Assembly (NCBI RefSeq): GCF_009914755.1
Contig: NC_060944.1
From: the human T2T-CHM13v2.0 reference genome, Homo sapiens
Strand: one strand, 5' to 3'
Length of the DNA stretch: 64,000 nt
In this document: positions 14,560 through 27,379 of the stretch, piece by piece
Numbering within the stretch: the stretch's first letter is position 1
How the letters are laid out: each line of letters begins with the position of its first letter
Position numbers and translations under genes: made by a program
Notes under the pieces: generated by a model
What the model was told of the DNA's origin: nothing
Databases searched by the model: none
The model's input: the letters and a program-made list of their open reading frames with translations, nothing else

Positions 14560-15530
14560 GCTACAGTATTTGTTAATTAATTTAACAAACATTTTTGGGG
14601 TGCTGAGGTAAAGAAATAGATTAACATCCAGACTTTACCATTGAAAAGTCCACAGAAGAAGGCTAACATGTAAATACAGAATTGTATGGAATGCAGTAGT
14701 GAAGTAGGAGGTGAGACTCAGCTCTGGAGGTGGAACTTGGACACTGGACCAAATTGCGGACTAGCTAAAACAGGACCAGAGTGGAAGAGTTTTCCATAAG
14801 ACACACCTACCAGTGTGCCATGTCAGCTTACCATTGCTATGGCAACACCTGGAAGTTACCACTCTTTTGCATGGCAATAACCTGACAACCCAGAAGTTAC
14901 CACCCTTTTCCTAGAAATTTCTGCATAATCTGCCCCTTAATTTGCATACAATTGAAAGTAGGTATGAATGAGTGCAGGACTGCCTCTGGGCTGCTACTCA
15001 GAGCACACTGACTATGGGATGGCCCTGCTCTGCAAGGAGCAGTGCCTCTGCTGCTGCTGTACATTGCTGCTTCAGTAAAAGTTGCAGTCTAACATCACCA
15101 GCTTGCCCTTGAATTCTTTCCTGGATGAAGCCAAGAACGCTCCTGAACTAAGCCCCAATTTGGGGGCTTGCCTGCACTGTGTCAGTAAGTGATAGAATAG
15201 AGCTCAGTATGTGGTCCAGGAGGGAGTGATCAGTCTGTCTGTGATGTCCCAGGGGGAATCAATGAGAAGGCAATTCACAAAATTCACAAAAGAGGCTTTG
15301 AAAAGTAAATTAGAATTTGCTGGGTCAAAAATGGAGAAAGTATGGCCCAGGCATAAGGAATAGAAAGCGCAAAGACAAAGAAGGAAGTTAGGATATTGTG
15401 CAGAATTAAGTATGGCTTGTAAATGGGTGTGAAGTGATGGGTAGTGAGAGAAGAAATGGGAGAATTGGCGGGGACTAGATGATAAAGGGCTTTTCATGTC
15501 CAACGAAAGAGTTTAGATATTGACTATTGA
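14560..15530 (-). mobile_element. L2 fragments interrupted by an ERV1 LTR
   Basis: ATTTAACAAACATTT 3' tail and purine-rich L2 body (..AAAGAGTTTAGATATT) on either side of the LTR. Confidence 0.5.
14700..15184 (+). mobile_element. ERV1 solo LTR (MER66/LTR19/MER41-related group)
   Basis: TG...CA termini, near-TSD GTAG/GTAA, GGACCAAATTGCGGACTAGCTAAAACAGG, CATGGCAAC..GAAGTTACC repeats, degenerate polyA signal AGTAAA, GAATTCTTTCCTGG..AAGCCAAGAAC U5. Confidence 0.85.
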
Positions 15531-15782
15531 TTCCCATTTGTTTATTGTTCATCTGTTTTTGGTTTTGCCTTGTATTCATTATTTTGGGGACACTTCCCCT
15601 TTTAGGCATTTGTTGAAAGAAAGCTCAAGACCTTCTCCCAAGAGAAAGATGCACACATAATTACTTTTGCATACAAACACATCCATGAACTTGGAACCCA
15701 AGTTTCAAACCACTGCAAAAAGTCACTATAAGTCATTGACAATTATTGAGCAGGGAAACCACATATTCAAAAGTGTATTGTC

Positions 15783-16394
<612 letters not shown>

Positions 16395-17179
16395 AAAAGT
16401 GTATCTTCAGAGTGAACCCCTGGAGGAATGTGGAGAATCTATTAGAAGGCATGGGACTCATGTTAGGGAAAATAGGAATTTATTGCAATATTTCAGCCAA
16501 GAAATGAAGGTCTACGATAAGGTGGCAGCAAATACTTGTTTTTAATTTGGCTCCTGCTTTGTGTTGTCTATCTGCTTATTGAGGAGACAGTACTACAAGA
16601 GTTAAATGTGTAAATGGTGTTATTACTGAAGTAGTGATTTCAGATATAAGTGCAGCTTCATGAGGAAGGATGAAGCATTCAGAAGGCATGATGGGTTTGA
16701 AGTGTCTATGGGTTAGACCACTGCAGGTATGGATTAGCAGGTCAAAAGAGATGTCAAAAATGATTTTAAAAATATTCTGTATCACCATATAGAGATGGGA
16801 GATTTAATAGTGTGAGGGGATGAGATCTTAGTGGTGAAAGAGCGTAAATTAAGAAGAGTTAGAGGCATCAGACTGGAAGATTGGTGGAGCTTGTTCCCTA
16901 AATCAGGAATTTAAGCCTTAACTCTCTTGTTAACTACTGCTCTGTGTTGGTACCAGGTTTGTGAATGATCAAGCCACTGGCAGAAGATTACTTTCTAAGA
17001 GTGAGAGCCTTCCCAGGGCTTCGAATCTGGTTAAGTGAAAGAATGGAGAAGACGGTAAATTTTAAGAAACCATCTGATGGATGTTATTAGGTCACAAAGT
17101 TGACATTCATCAAGCTAATAGGCCTATCGTTTATTGCAAACTACCTGAGGTCGGGTAAATTATTACCTGGATTAAAAAC

Positions 17180-17340
17180 CTGATGCTGACACTGGTTAAC
17201 ACTTGTTACTTACCTTTCTGAACCTAAATTTCTCCATCTGTAAAATAAAGTATACACACCTACTCAAGAGCCAAGCAGAGGGAACGAGATAACCTATATA
17301 AGCCACCTGTATAGCTGCTGTGCAAAGAAGCTGTTGAATA
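17180..17340 (+). mobile_element. MIR
   Basis: TTACTTACCTTTCTGAACCTAAATTTCTCCATCTGTAAAAT core. Confidence 0.7.
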
Positions 17341-18589
17341 AGGAGTTGGGGCTGGAAACTCTGACCTACCTCTTTAAGTTTTGTAATAAACCTTCCAGTT
17401 CTAACTAGTCAATGAATGACCCATTTTGATTCTCAGACCTGCCACTGCTTCTATCTATCTGAAAAAAACAAAACAAAACAGGAATTTGAAAATCTGTTAT
17501 AGAAGTACATTTTATGTTTAGCTATTTTTTTTTCCTTCCTCTATGATCTGTAGGTATGGGGTGAAATGATTATATTGTGGTCACTTTAGAACGTTCACTC
17601 TCTTTGGGAATTAAGTAATTACAATTTCTTGAACTAACTGCCTTATCCTACAGCCTAGTACAGTGACAGCTCCAATGTAGATTCTTGGGCATGCGTTGTT
17701 TTCTTGAGAACCTTTGGAATTCTAGCCATATCTTGCTAATGATACTCACTTAGCCTCATCAAAGTCTCACTGATCTCTTTTCTGTACTTGAGATATTAAA
17801 TGAAACTCTCTTTTGAGAATGTTTGAACTGGAAGGGGAGACTTCAGAATTCATTTAGTCTACTTCATTTTATAGGCCACAAACTGTTCATTTTAAGTTTG
17901 GTGTGCTCAAGACCTGATCATATTTTCCTCTCTATTCTTATATCAGAGTTAAAAGAATGTTGGCTATGCACTTCGCGCTTACACATTAATATAGAGCCCA
18001 GACTGTAGGGAGAATTGGAGACTTGAAGTGGGGAAAGAAGATTGGGGAGCAGAATTACAGTGTGTTATATAGTACTGCAGCCCCTCAAGGGAGCTGTAAT
18101 TAATGTGTGCAAGGAAAACACTGCAAGGAAACTAATTTAAAGAACATACTGAAACAATTTTCTCCCAGCTTTTCAAAACAAATAAAGAAAAAAAGAAGTC
18201 ACCATCAAGTTTTGAGGAAGCATGAAGAATTCCAGCAGAAAGGAAATTTGTTGAGAGCCCGAGAAGGGGCTGCTGGTTAGAATGTAAAGCCTCTTTTAAA
18301 CTTAGGCTTCCTCCACCATTTGTCAGAGCTCTGTGGTCCCTGATCCATTCATTAAGCATTTCACATGTATGTCACTCTCATTATGGGTCAGAGTTTGGTT
18401 ACAACCCATTGACTGCTCTTTCTTTGCATCTTGGAGACTCAGTTCTTTATACCAGTTGATATCCCGCTAGCCTTTCCTTTCTGCTTTCCTGCTTATCCTT
18501 TTTTATCCTAAGCTTGTTAGGTAACTTCAGAGTTTAGAATGCCTTGTGATGGTATGTCACTTGATATTGATGCTGTTAATTCCCTAGAG

Positions 18590-18780
18590 CGAAGTCTTCT
18601 CAACTTTTTGTCTACAACCCATAATAAGAATTTCATTTTCAATCCAACCCAGTACACACATATGTATGTTATTGAAAATTAAAGTTTCATGAAAAAATAC
18701 TATGTGTGATATGCTTTGATACTTTTGCTTCTCTTCAACTCTATCTCATTTATTTAGGAACAAAAAAGCATCAAAACTCA
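18590..18780. mobile_element. hAT-Charlie-type MER fragment (MER119-like)
   Basis: CAACCCATAATAAGAA..ACCCAGTACACACA..AAAGTTTCATGAAA..TACTATGTGTGAT. Confidence 0.5.
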
Positions 18781-18799
18781 TTGAAGAGGGCCATTTGAT

Positions 18800-18985
18800 T
18801 CTCAGTTCTAATCACTATGAGTATGCTTCACACATTGAGGTCTTCAGATCATCTGCAACAAATCACTTGAAGGTGTCTGGTCCCAAACCCTCCCCCAGAC
18901 CTATTGAATGAGAGTCCGTATTGGCAACTTCTAGGAATACATAGTTTAACCAGTTCCTTGGTGTGGTTTTAAAGGTTAAAAACTA
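18800..18985. mobile_element. MER5-type DNA transposon, degenerate
   Basis: AAATCACTTG..CCCCAGACCTATTGAAT..TTTAACCAGTTCC. Confidence 0.45.
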
Positions 18986-19099
18986 GCCCCAGATGTTAAC
19001 ATCTTAACATTATCTACTCACAAAAAGCTATCTCCTTTGCTAGTTGATTTTTTTTTCTTTTGTATAGCTATCAATGGCTAGAGCAAGGGCTCTGATCAC

Positions 19100-19393
<294 letters not shown>

Positions 19394-19469
19394 AGGGTTC
19401 TGATCTCTGAATTCCCCCTTCTTCTTGCTGATAGAGATCAGCTCAAAAGGTACTGGAAACCTTGAACAT

Positions 19470-19690
19470 CTAGTAATACCTTACTATATGCCAGATGCTA
19501 TTCTAAGTGTACTATATGAATTAAACCTCACAACAAACAATGTTTTGTATGTGGTACTATTAACCCATTTTACAGATGGGGAAACTGAGGCATGACGAAG
19601 TCTAATTTTTCTGAAATTACATTGCAAGCAAATGACAGCACTGGGATTCAGATCTAGGCATTCTGACTCTAGAGCCCATAATCTTGACCA
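19470..19690 (-). mobile_element. MIR
   Basis: CCCATTTTACAGATGGGGAAACTGAGGCA core; CTGGGATTCAGATCTAGGCA. Confidence 0.85.
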
Positions 19691-20780
19691 ACACCCTGTC
19701 TAATTCTTCACTTAGCATGAAACGGGAGATAGTGATTAGCCCAATTTGTCACTGAGAGTCTTAGGTGATTTCACTAACCTACAGCGTGCTACAGGAAGAT
19801 AAATTAGGGGGTCACTTGGTCCCATCTCTACTGCGTACCCATCCTCAACTCTAGGGATCTGATGATTACTCTTCCTCCACTTGTCTGTCTGTCTTAAGAA
19901 GGAGGGAGAGTAGCAGCTTTCTGCCGTTATCTCTAGCTTTGACTCATTGTCACCTGTGAGGCTAACATCACTCAAGCCTATAATAAAATTCAAATACTTC
20001 AAATACAGCAAACTTAATACTTAGTGATTATTATATCATATAACAAATGCTCTTATGGATCATTAAATTCATTATATCTAAATATTCAAATGATTCTGAC
20101 CATACAAATGATTCTGACAAGACAAAGGGATAATTTATTTAAAGTATATATTTAGAGCAAAATGGCCTTCAGAAGTCATTACTAAGGAAACTTTGTCAAG
20201 TTTCCTGTTGGGGCATGCCAGCTAGTCTTCAAGGGAATTTTCTAGTATTTCTCCTAACACGTGCCACAGTAAGAGACCAATAAAGAAGAGTTGAATTCTG
20301 AAGAATGACTTCAGACAGTAATCATTGGAGGTGAATTGCGACTGTTGAACAGGCAGAGAAATAAGGAACAGATATCTGGTCAGAGGGTTCAACATATGTG
20401 AAGACTAAGGCATGAAGGATTATGTCGTCTTCAAGAGCTGGAACTGAGAGAAGGGAAAAAAAATCACACAATGAGACAAGGAAAGACTGAGTTGAGTTGA
20501 GAAGTTTCTTACAAGCTTACAAACTTGGGTCTACTCTTCTCTGCACTCAGCTGTGTATGAAAGAGACCTGTCAGGATCTCACTGTGGGGGCTCATCTATG
20601 CCCCAAGTTTAAGATGCTTGCCCCAGATATACTCCAGAGTTTTAGATGGCTTTGGGCTTGCAGTTGGCTCATACACATAAAGTATCCAGAAGTACTTGCC
20701 AGGATGAGTACACAAATTCTGTCTCTCTTCTATAGCCCTGTTCAGTTAGGAATAAAGATGAAAATGAGGGTTGTGATAGC

Positions 20781-20855
20781 TGTGTGTGTGTGCACATGCG
20801 TGTATGTGTGTATGGCTGTGTGAGTGTGTTAGTGTATGCATCCTTGTGTGCATGC
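20781..20855. repeat. Degenerate (TG)n microsatellite
   Basis: TGTGTGTGTGTGCACATGCGTGTATGTGTG... Confidence 0.8.
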
Positions 20856-21125
20856 ACTTAAATATACTTATATGTACATGATAGAAAGATCCATGTTTCA
20901 GACAGGAGACTAAGATAGAAAATTAAGTAGAAATTTTATAATTTTGTTTCTATTATTTACCTGCCATGTGTTTGTCTCAGTGTTTGAACTGAGAAATAGG
21001 CTTTTAGTTACTATGGATATGATAATGTTAAAACAAACATCATTTATGGATTGTACTTTATATCTCAAAGTTTTCCGATATCCTTATTTATGTATTATTT
21101 TAATTTTTTCTTAACCTATGAAAAA

Positions 21126-21430
21126 AGCTGGGTGCCATGGTTCACACCTGTAATCCCAACACATTGGAAAGCCAAGGCAGGAGGACTTATTGAGGCCAGG
21201 AGTTCAAGACCAGCCTGGGCAACATAGCAAGACTCCGTCTCAACAAAAAATTAAAAAATTAGCCAGGTGTGGTGACACATGCCTGTAGTCCCAGCAACTC
21301 ATGAGGCTGAGGCAAGAGGATCATTTGACCCCAGGAGTTTGAGGCTGTAGTGTGCTATGATCACATCACTGCATTCTTGCCTGGATGACAGAGTGAGACC
21401 CTGTATCAAAACATTTTTTAATTAAAAAAA
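21126..21430 (+). mobile_element. AluJ-like
   Basis: GGCAGGAGGACTTATTGAGGCCAGGAGTTCAAG..GAGGCTGTAGTG. Confidence 0.93.
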
Positions 21431-21755
21431 TTCCAAATTCCATATAAGACTATCCCTCAGTGTGCCTTCCCAGCTGCCCTACCCCGACCCTATGTCAGAC
21501 TGTGATTTGTAGTATGTTTCTTCATATTTATTTTGAGTATTAATAATGTAATCTTATCATATTCACCCTGATAGGACACTGTAGAGTTTGTTTAATGAAC
21601 CATCTTGGGGGAAGAATTAACCAACAACCAAGATTTGAATACAGCTTGGTCCTGGGCCTCCTTGGGCCATAGCGCAAGGCAGCTAAGTGGTGCTGGAATA
21701 ATTTCTCTTTGTTTGGCTGCAGATACCGCATACTCTAAGCAATTTGCAGCCTTCC

Positions 21756-22022
21756 TTATATAAGAACTGTTTCTGAAAGGAAATTCCCCAAGTCCAGCTC
21801 TTCTGGTTATTTCCGTTTCAGCTCTGAAGCGCTTACTCTTTGTAGCTGAAATATGGAGAACTATTGTATTTTTTGGTTCCCTAACTCAGAGGAAACATGT
21901 GAGGAATTTGCTGTAATAACTGATCTGAGTTGGAGTGTTTGATTCCTGACACAGAGTGGAGGACAGCATTGTGAGGGGACATTTCATTCAAGATTGTTCT
22001 GTTAAGCGGGAGGGAGGTGAGC
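21756..22022 (+). other. Candidate non-coding exon / proximal promoter patch
   Basis: TATATAAG (~21756), NF-kB consensus GGAAATTCCCC (21779-21789), acceptor ..TTCCGTTTCAG| (21821), donor GAG|GTGAGC (22016/22017); stops in all three frames. Confidence 0.3.
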
Positions 22023-23099
22023 TGCTCACAGTCTATGTCAATGAGAATTTCCCTCAGGATATTTAGTGTGTGGTGGTAATGCATATTTAAGCTTACGTAC
22101 AACAATGTTTGCAAAATCCCAAACTTGGAATAGAACTCTAGATCATAGTGGCCAAAGAAACTGACTTTGCTTGTAAGCAAGTTGGATCAAGATCAATATG
22201 AGAGCTTTGGGGCTAAGGGAAATAAAGCATTGTCCCAAGAAGGAAGACTTTGCCTTGACAAAACATTCTCTTACAATGTGATTCTCCTAAGAAACCATAA
22301 AAGAGCAGTTAGGGATCCATCCATGCATTTTAATATTTGAAGAGTTTCAGACTGACTGTATGTTTGACAGCTATAGGAATTTTATTTTTATAAGAATTTA
22401 TCTATAAAAATAAAAGTATATCTACTATCTCTAAATCTATATATCTGAGTTTTAAAAATATAGCTTCTCTTTAGCTTTTGCTAGCATATGCTGTCAAACT
22501 CCTTCATGCTGCCAGACTCATCCAAAAATTAATTCTTCTAATGCATGCCATATTTCATGTTGTTTTGGCTGCTTTTGTACATTCTGAAGAAAACAGGGAA
22601 GATAATGGTTTCCTTTTCCAATTTAACATATACATGCGACAGAGAAATGTAAGGATGTTGCACTCCCAGAGGATCAAACCTAAAATGACAATAGATTCGA
22701 CTGATTTTTTTAAAAAAGAATCCTACTTTATGTAATCTGGACAATAAGGCACACATGGTTGGATTAAAAATATTGTGTTTTTAAGATCTCTTTCTAATTC
22801 TTACTTTATAACCATAAAGAAATGAGGCTATGTGTTGTTGCAAGAAGTCTTATTGCAAACACATGCATGTGCATGTTTGTGTGTGATTTGTAAATTTAGC
22901 TCTAGAAAGGTGTAACAATAAAATGGAATTGAATTTAGCCATGGCTCTTACGAGCGTGAGTAAAGTATGCATGTGGAAACCTAAGATGTTAATGAAATCA
23001 GCATAGACTTTAATGGCATTCTGGTGTTTTCAAAAGATCGCCACCAAATAAAGCTTAATGTGTCAAAATGGAAACCCCAAGTAAGAGAAATGTGGGAAG

Positions 23100-23600
23100 A
23101 AGTTCAAGGAACAGAAACTGTTTGGGGAAGATGATTTGAATGTCTTCCAAAACCTTCGAGAAGCATTAAGCTCAAGCTCAGCCCTTTATCTTTGACAAAT
23201 ACCACACTGTGTATCTGCTTGTTATTTCGTGGTCCTGTTGCTCCTGTCAGCTTGTTAAATGGAACTCTGGTTTCAGTCAGATGAAAATGTGGTAATCTCT
23301 GTGCTTTGCTTGCCTCGGCGTCCGAGGAGCGGCTGTGCCCGACTGTGTGAGGCCGCCCAGTGCCAAGGGTAACTACTGGCACCTGCACTGACAGCAAGCA
23401 GTCTGCAGCAACAGATTGAAAATGTTCTTTTCAGATCTTTAGATTGGAACTTCAGCTTTACTTTTAAAAGTTTCATGTCCACAGCACGGTTGACAAAATA
23501 AATTACTAAACCAATTGCTTTGGGAGCTTCCAAGCTGTGACATTAAGGTAGCTGCGAGTCATCATTCTTGATGAAGGAGCAGCTTCAGAAATTGTGTGCA
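23100..23600. promoter_or_regulatory. Candidate conserved non-coding element/enhancer
   Basis: Repeat-free; six CpGs in 23316-23355 against a CpG-depleted background; RUNX TGTGGT, TGACAG/TGTCA, CTTTGA motifs. Confidence 0.4.
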
Positions 23601-24109
23601 TCTGATGGAGGTTTGGCAAAGTGTGTAAGTCTGCAGACCTATGGTAAACAGGTCTCATTTCTAAGCATTTATTTTCAGAAAGGGAAAAAAAGAGCTGTCC
23701 ATTCTCAATTTCGGACTTATTTTAAATTACTCACAGGGAAATGGGTGCCCCATTTAATGGCATTGTTTATTCTCACAGAGAAATGTTTGCAGTGAAAATG
23801 CAAAATACCATTTCTTTTCTCTGCTGAGGCTCCTCATCCTATGGTGCCCACTTTACTCTCCCAGCAGAGAATGCAGAAAAGCACCAAAGGCAGCATCATG
23901 AAACGCAGAGCTGTTAATTCCCAACTCCGTCAGAGTTCTGCCCTCCTTCCCATTTGGGGAGCTGAACTGAGCCATTAGAACTTTCCTTTTACACTCCCTC
24001 TAGAATACAAGTCCTGACAAAATTAAAGGGCTTTATACCCCTAAAGCCTCAGAAATTCTACAGGGTACGGTGAGGGTAGGGGTGGGGTTGAAGGGATGGG
24101 AAATTCATA

Positions 24110-24260
24110 GGTTAAAAACAAAAACTTGGGCGAAAAATCCAGGCTCTGCCAGTTACTATCAGTGGGACCTCAGCTAGTTACTTAGACATCTGGCCCTCTG
24201 CTTACTTGTTTGTGAAATAGAAATGATCATATCTGCCTCATGTGCTTGTTGGAAACATAT
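24110..24260 (+). mobile_element. MIR
   Basis: AATCCAGGCTCTGCCAGTTACT..GACCTCAGCTAGTTACTTA. Confidence 0.7.
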
Positions 24261-25690
24261 AAAACAAGATAACTTCAGGAGCAAAGTGATTTATATCTGC
24301 AATGTTGAAATGGATAAAAAATAAAATAGATATGTGAGTGCATAGATGATAAATATGTCATAAAACAAAGGCAGCAAAGTGTTAGCAATTGTAAGGAGAG
24401 ATGTGGGTGTATGCATGTTTGTTATATAATTCTCTCAACTTTTCTGTGCATTTGAAAGCATCTTAATCAGGAGGAAGCGATTTAGAAGGGCAAATCTTTT
24501 CCATGTAAGTATAATTCCCGTATTCCCTGCCTCTAGTTAAATTCCAGATGTAGGCACATGGCCATACTGAACCTCAGCGGAGAATGGAAAAAAATATATC
24601 TTTTTCATGGACCACTGTCAGCCCAGCAAAAATTTAGAAATTTTATTTCCAAGGAAGAGAGATATTGGGGGAAAAATAGGCACCTTGATTGGTCATGCAA
24701 ACTTAACTCTCTGTGGCACATACTACATGCCAAATAACAAATGGTGCCATTCCTATTAAGGAAGGGAAGTAATGCCTGCCCCTTTTCTTCCTCGGGGTGG
24801 AGTGTCCTGCCAAGTCTCCTGTCCTTTCCTGGGTGACCCAGGGGGCTTATTGCTTCCATCCCTGCTCAGATGGTTTTGCATTTCCGTGGCAGCATTTTAC
24901 TCCACCCTCCATTGTGCATCCTAGATTCTCTCCAGAACCCCTCCCAGCGGAGGCCTGAGGTTAGCTTTTGTGTGACATCGGGTCTCTATTCTTCCATGTA
25001 TTTAAGCTCAAAATGTTTCCTTATGGGGAATTTTCTTAAAAGTCTTCAATATTGTTAACTCTTTGAAACCACTGCTGTGTGAAGGCAGCTGATTGTTCCA
25101 TTGTGGGTCCCATAGGAAGAAGTTCTATGGTTCCTCCTTATTGCCTTCTTGGTGGGCATCCCCTATGAAGCAATGCAGGGAGGACTCCATGATAGTGCAG
25201 GCACTTGGCCTTTGATTTCCATCCAGGGAACTCCCTCCACCTGTCTATGAGAGAACTGTGTTGTGGAAGCTCACCGGGAACCCTATGGAAGACCAACACA
25301 TAGAATGGGCAGAGGAAGACAAACCTCCAAAACACACCGACTACAACAAATACAGGACAACAAACAGCAATAACATTGAGAATAGGAAGCTCATCATGGA
25401 GGAGAACCAGGACAGACATCCACGAAACCCAAAAGAAGAAAAAAATTCAAGAAAGACTGGTCAATTGCATCTAAAGCTACTCAGTGACTAAAAAAGATAA
25501 GGGCTGGTTGTTGTCCTTTAGTTGGTGATTTAATGAAGAGCCATTCCAGGGAAGCAGTGGGGGCGAAAGTCAAATTTCACTAGGATGAAGATGACAGACA
25601 GGTAAAGGAGGGAAGAGAGTAACTGTGTAGGAATTCAGCAGCAAAAAGGAGAGGTTTGTGGTCACAAGGGTAATGCGATATACGGAAGGA

Positions 25691-25990
25691 TTTTGTTTTG
25701 TTTTTGTTTTTGAGACAGGCTCTCGCTCTGTTGCCCAGGCTGGAGTGCAATGGTGCAATCTTGGCTCACTTTAGCCTCGACCACCCCAGGTTCAGGTGAT
25801 CCTCCCATCTCAGCCTCACGAGTAGGTGGAACTACAGGCACACACCACCATCCCCAGTTAATTTTTGTATTATTTTTGTAGGGATGGGTTTTTGCTATGT
25901 TGCCCAGGCTGGTCTCAAACTCCTGGGTTCAAGCAATCCACCTGCCTCGGCCTCCCAAAGTGCTGGGATTACAGGCATGAGCAACTGGAC
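25691..25990 (-). mobile_element. AluJ-like, within L2 fragments (~25240-26230)
   Basis: Antisense Alu with AGCCTCGACC diagnostic; purine-rich L2-like flanks. Confidence 0.92.
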
Positions 25991-27379
25991 TAGAAAAGGT
26001 TTTTCATGATGAGAAAGACTTGAGTGTGATCAAATGCTGATAAGAAGGGACCAGAGAAGAGGCAGAAGTTAATGATCCAGAAGAGATAGGAAGTAGCTGC
26101 TAGAGAGAGGTTGCTTAGAAAGAAGGTAAGGTACCATCCAGGCAACCGGAGGAGGGATTGGCCTTGGCTAGAAGGATTCCTCTCACATTGGATAGGAGAG
26201 TAGGCATATGCCATGGTTTGCATGTAGGTCAGCTGGCACAGGGTAGAATTGTTACTGCTTTATTTAGTAAATGTATTCCTCTAAAGTCATCTGCAATCAT
26301 ATCACATTAGCCCTTTTTGTGACACTGTGTTTTTTTTGTTTTTTTTTTTTTTTTCTGGAGTTTATTAGCAAATGAGATTTCATTACCATCTCCTGCTAAA
26401 CAATGTCTCCTCTATCCCACACTTACGCATTTCTGAAACCAAATTCAAGTCCTAACATTTATTTTCACTGAAGGTCATACTATTAGATTTAGATCACGTT
26501 TCCAATTTGTCAAAATCTTTTTATATTTTAATTGAACTCACAACATATCACTGATGTGTTTCAGTCTTGTGTTACCCATACATTAAACAATCAGCTGTAT
26601 GTATGTCTTCATTTAAAGAACTGTCTTTAGCTCTATTTTACTTTTATTTCATCAACTACTCTCTCCCCCAACCCCCTGAGACTCAAGGGAAGAAGAATTA
26701 AACTGAATGCTTTGATGATAACTGATAAAGCCTTTTGTCCTAAGGAGTCCTCCCAAATTGGATTAAGAGGATTCATTTGTGTTTTGCGGTGTTTATATTT
26801 GAGGAAGACAAGGATGTGAAAACTCTCACTCTCTCTGTGTTCATTCTCACAAATAGATGGATACCGTCACTTTTCAAGGATTGTCCATCTGGAATGCATC
26901 ACAAACACATTGCTGGGAAAGTAAAAGTTCCAGAAAGAGCTTCGTTTTCTCCTGGAACTGTGAAATTGAGTGGCCTAGTTCTCTCCTCCATGTTGTTGTA
27001 AATTCACAGGAGTGTAATATAAGCTACATTTTTAACCATTTGGGATAGCTTATGATTGAATAATGCTTCCTGCCAGACATGTTTTCCCTTTATTTATCAC
27101 TTACTTTTCTCTCTAATTTCAGCAACAGCAATTGCTGATTATGAAAATGACTCTAATTGTTCAACCTTTCATAACCACATTTAACTACCAAAAACAATCT
27201 ATCTGCTACTTTGAAAAGCAGTTAAACAAGCAAGCAATTTATTCCTGACTTCTTGCAAGCAACCAGGAACAGGGCCGTGTTCTCTTTGTTCCTTGTACTG
27301 CTTTGGAACCATGAGTGCCTCTTTCTAACTTGAATCAAAATCTGCTTGTTCCTAACTGCTGCCTTTGCAATCAGTAATT

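Noticed and set aside
17203-17220. Perfect minus-strand donor AAG|GTAAGT
   Set aside because: Part of the MIR core; no matching acceptor identified
20087-20118. CAAATGATTCTGAC repeated twice
   Set aside because: Ordinary short tandem slippage duplication; only two units, no spacer array or CRISPR-like structure
25258-25491. Hydrophilic 77-aa ORF that looks protein-like
   Set aside because: Lies in purine-rich antisense L2-like sequence, non-ATG start in the track, no supporting splice sites
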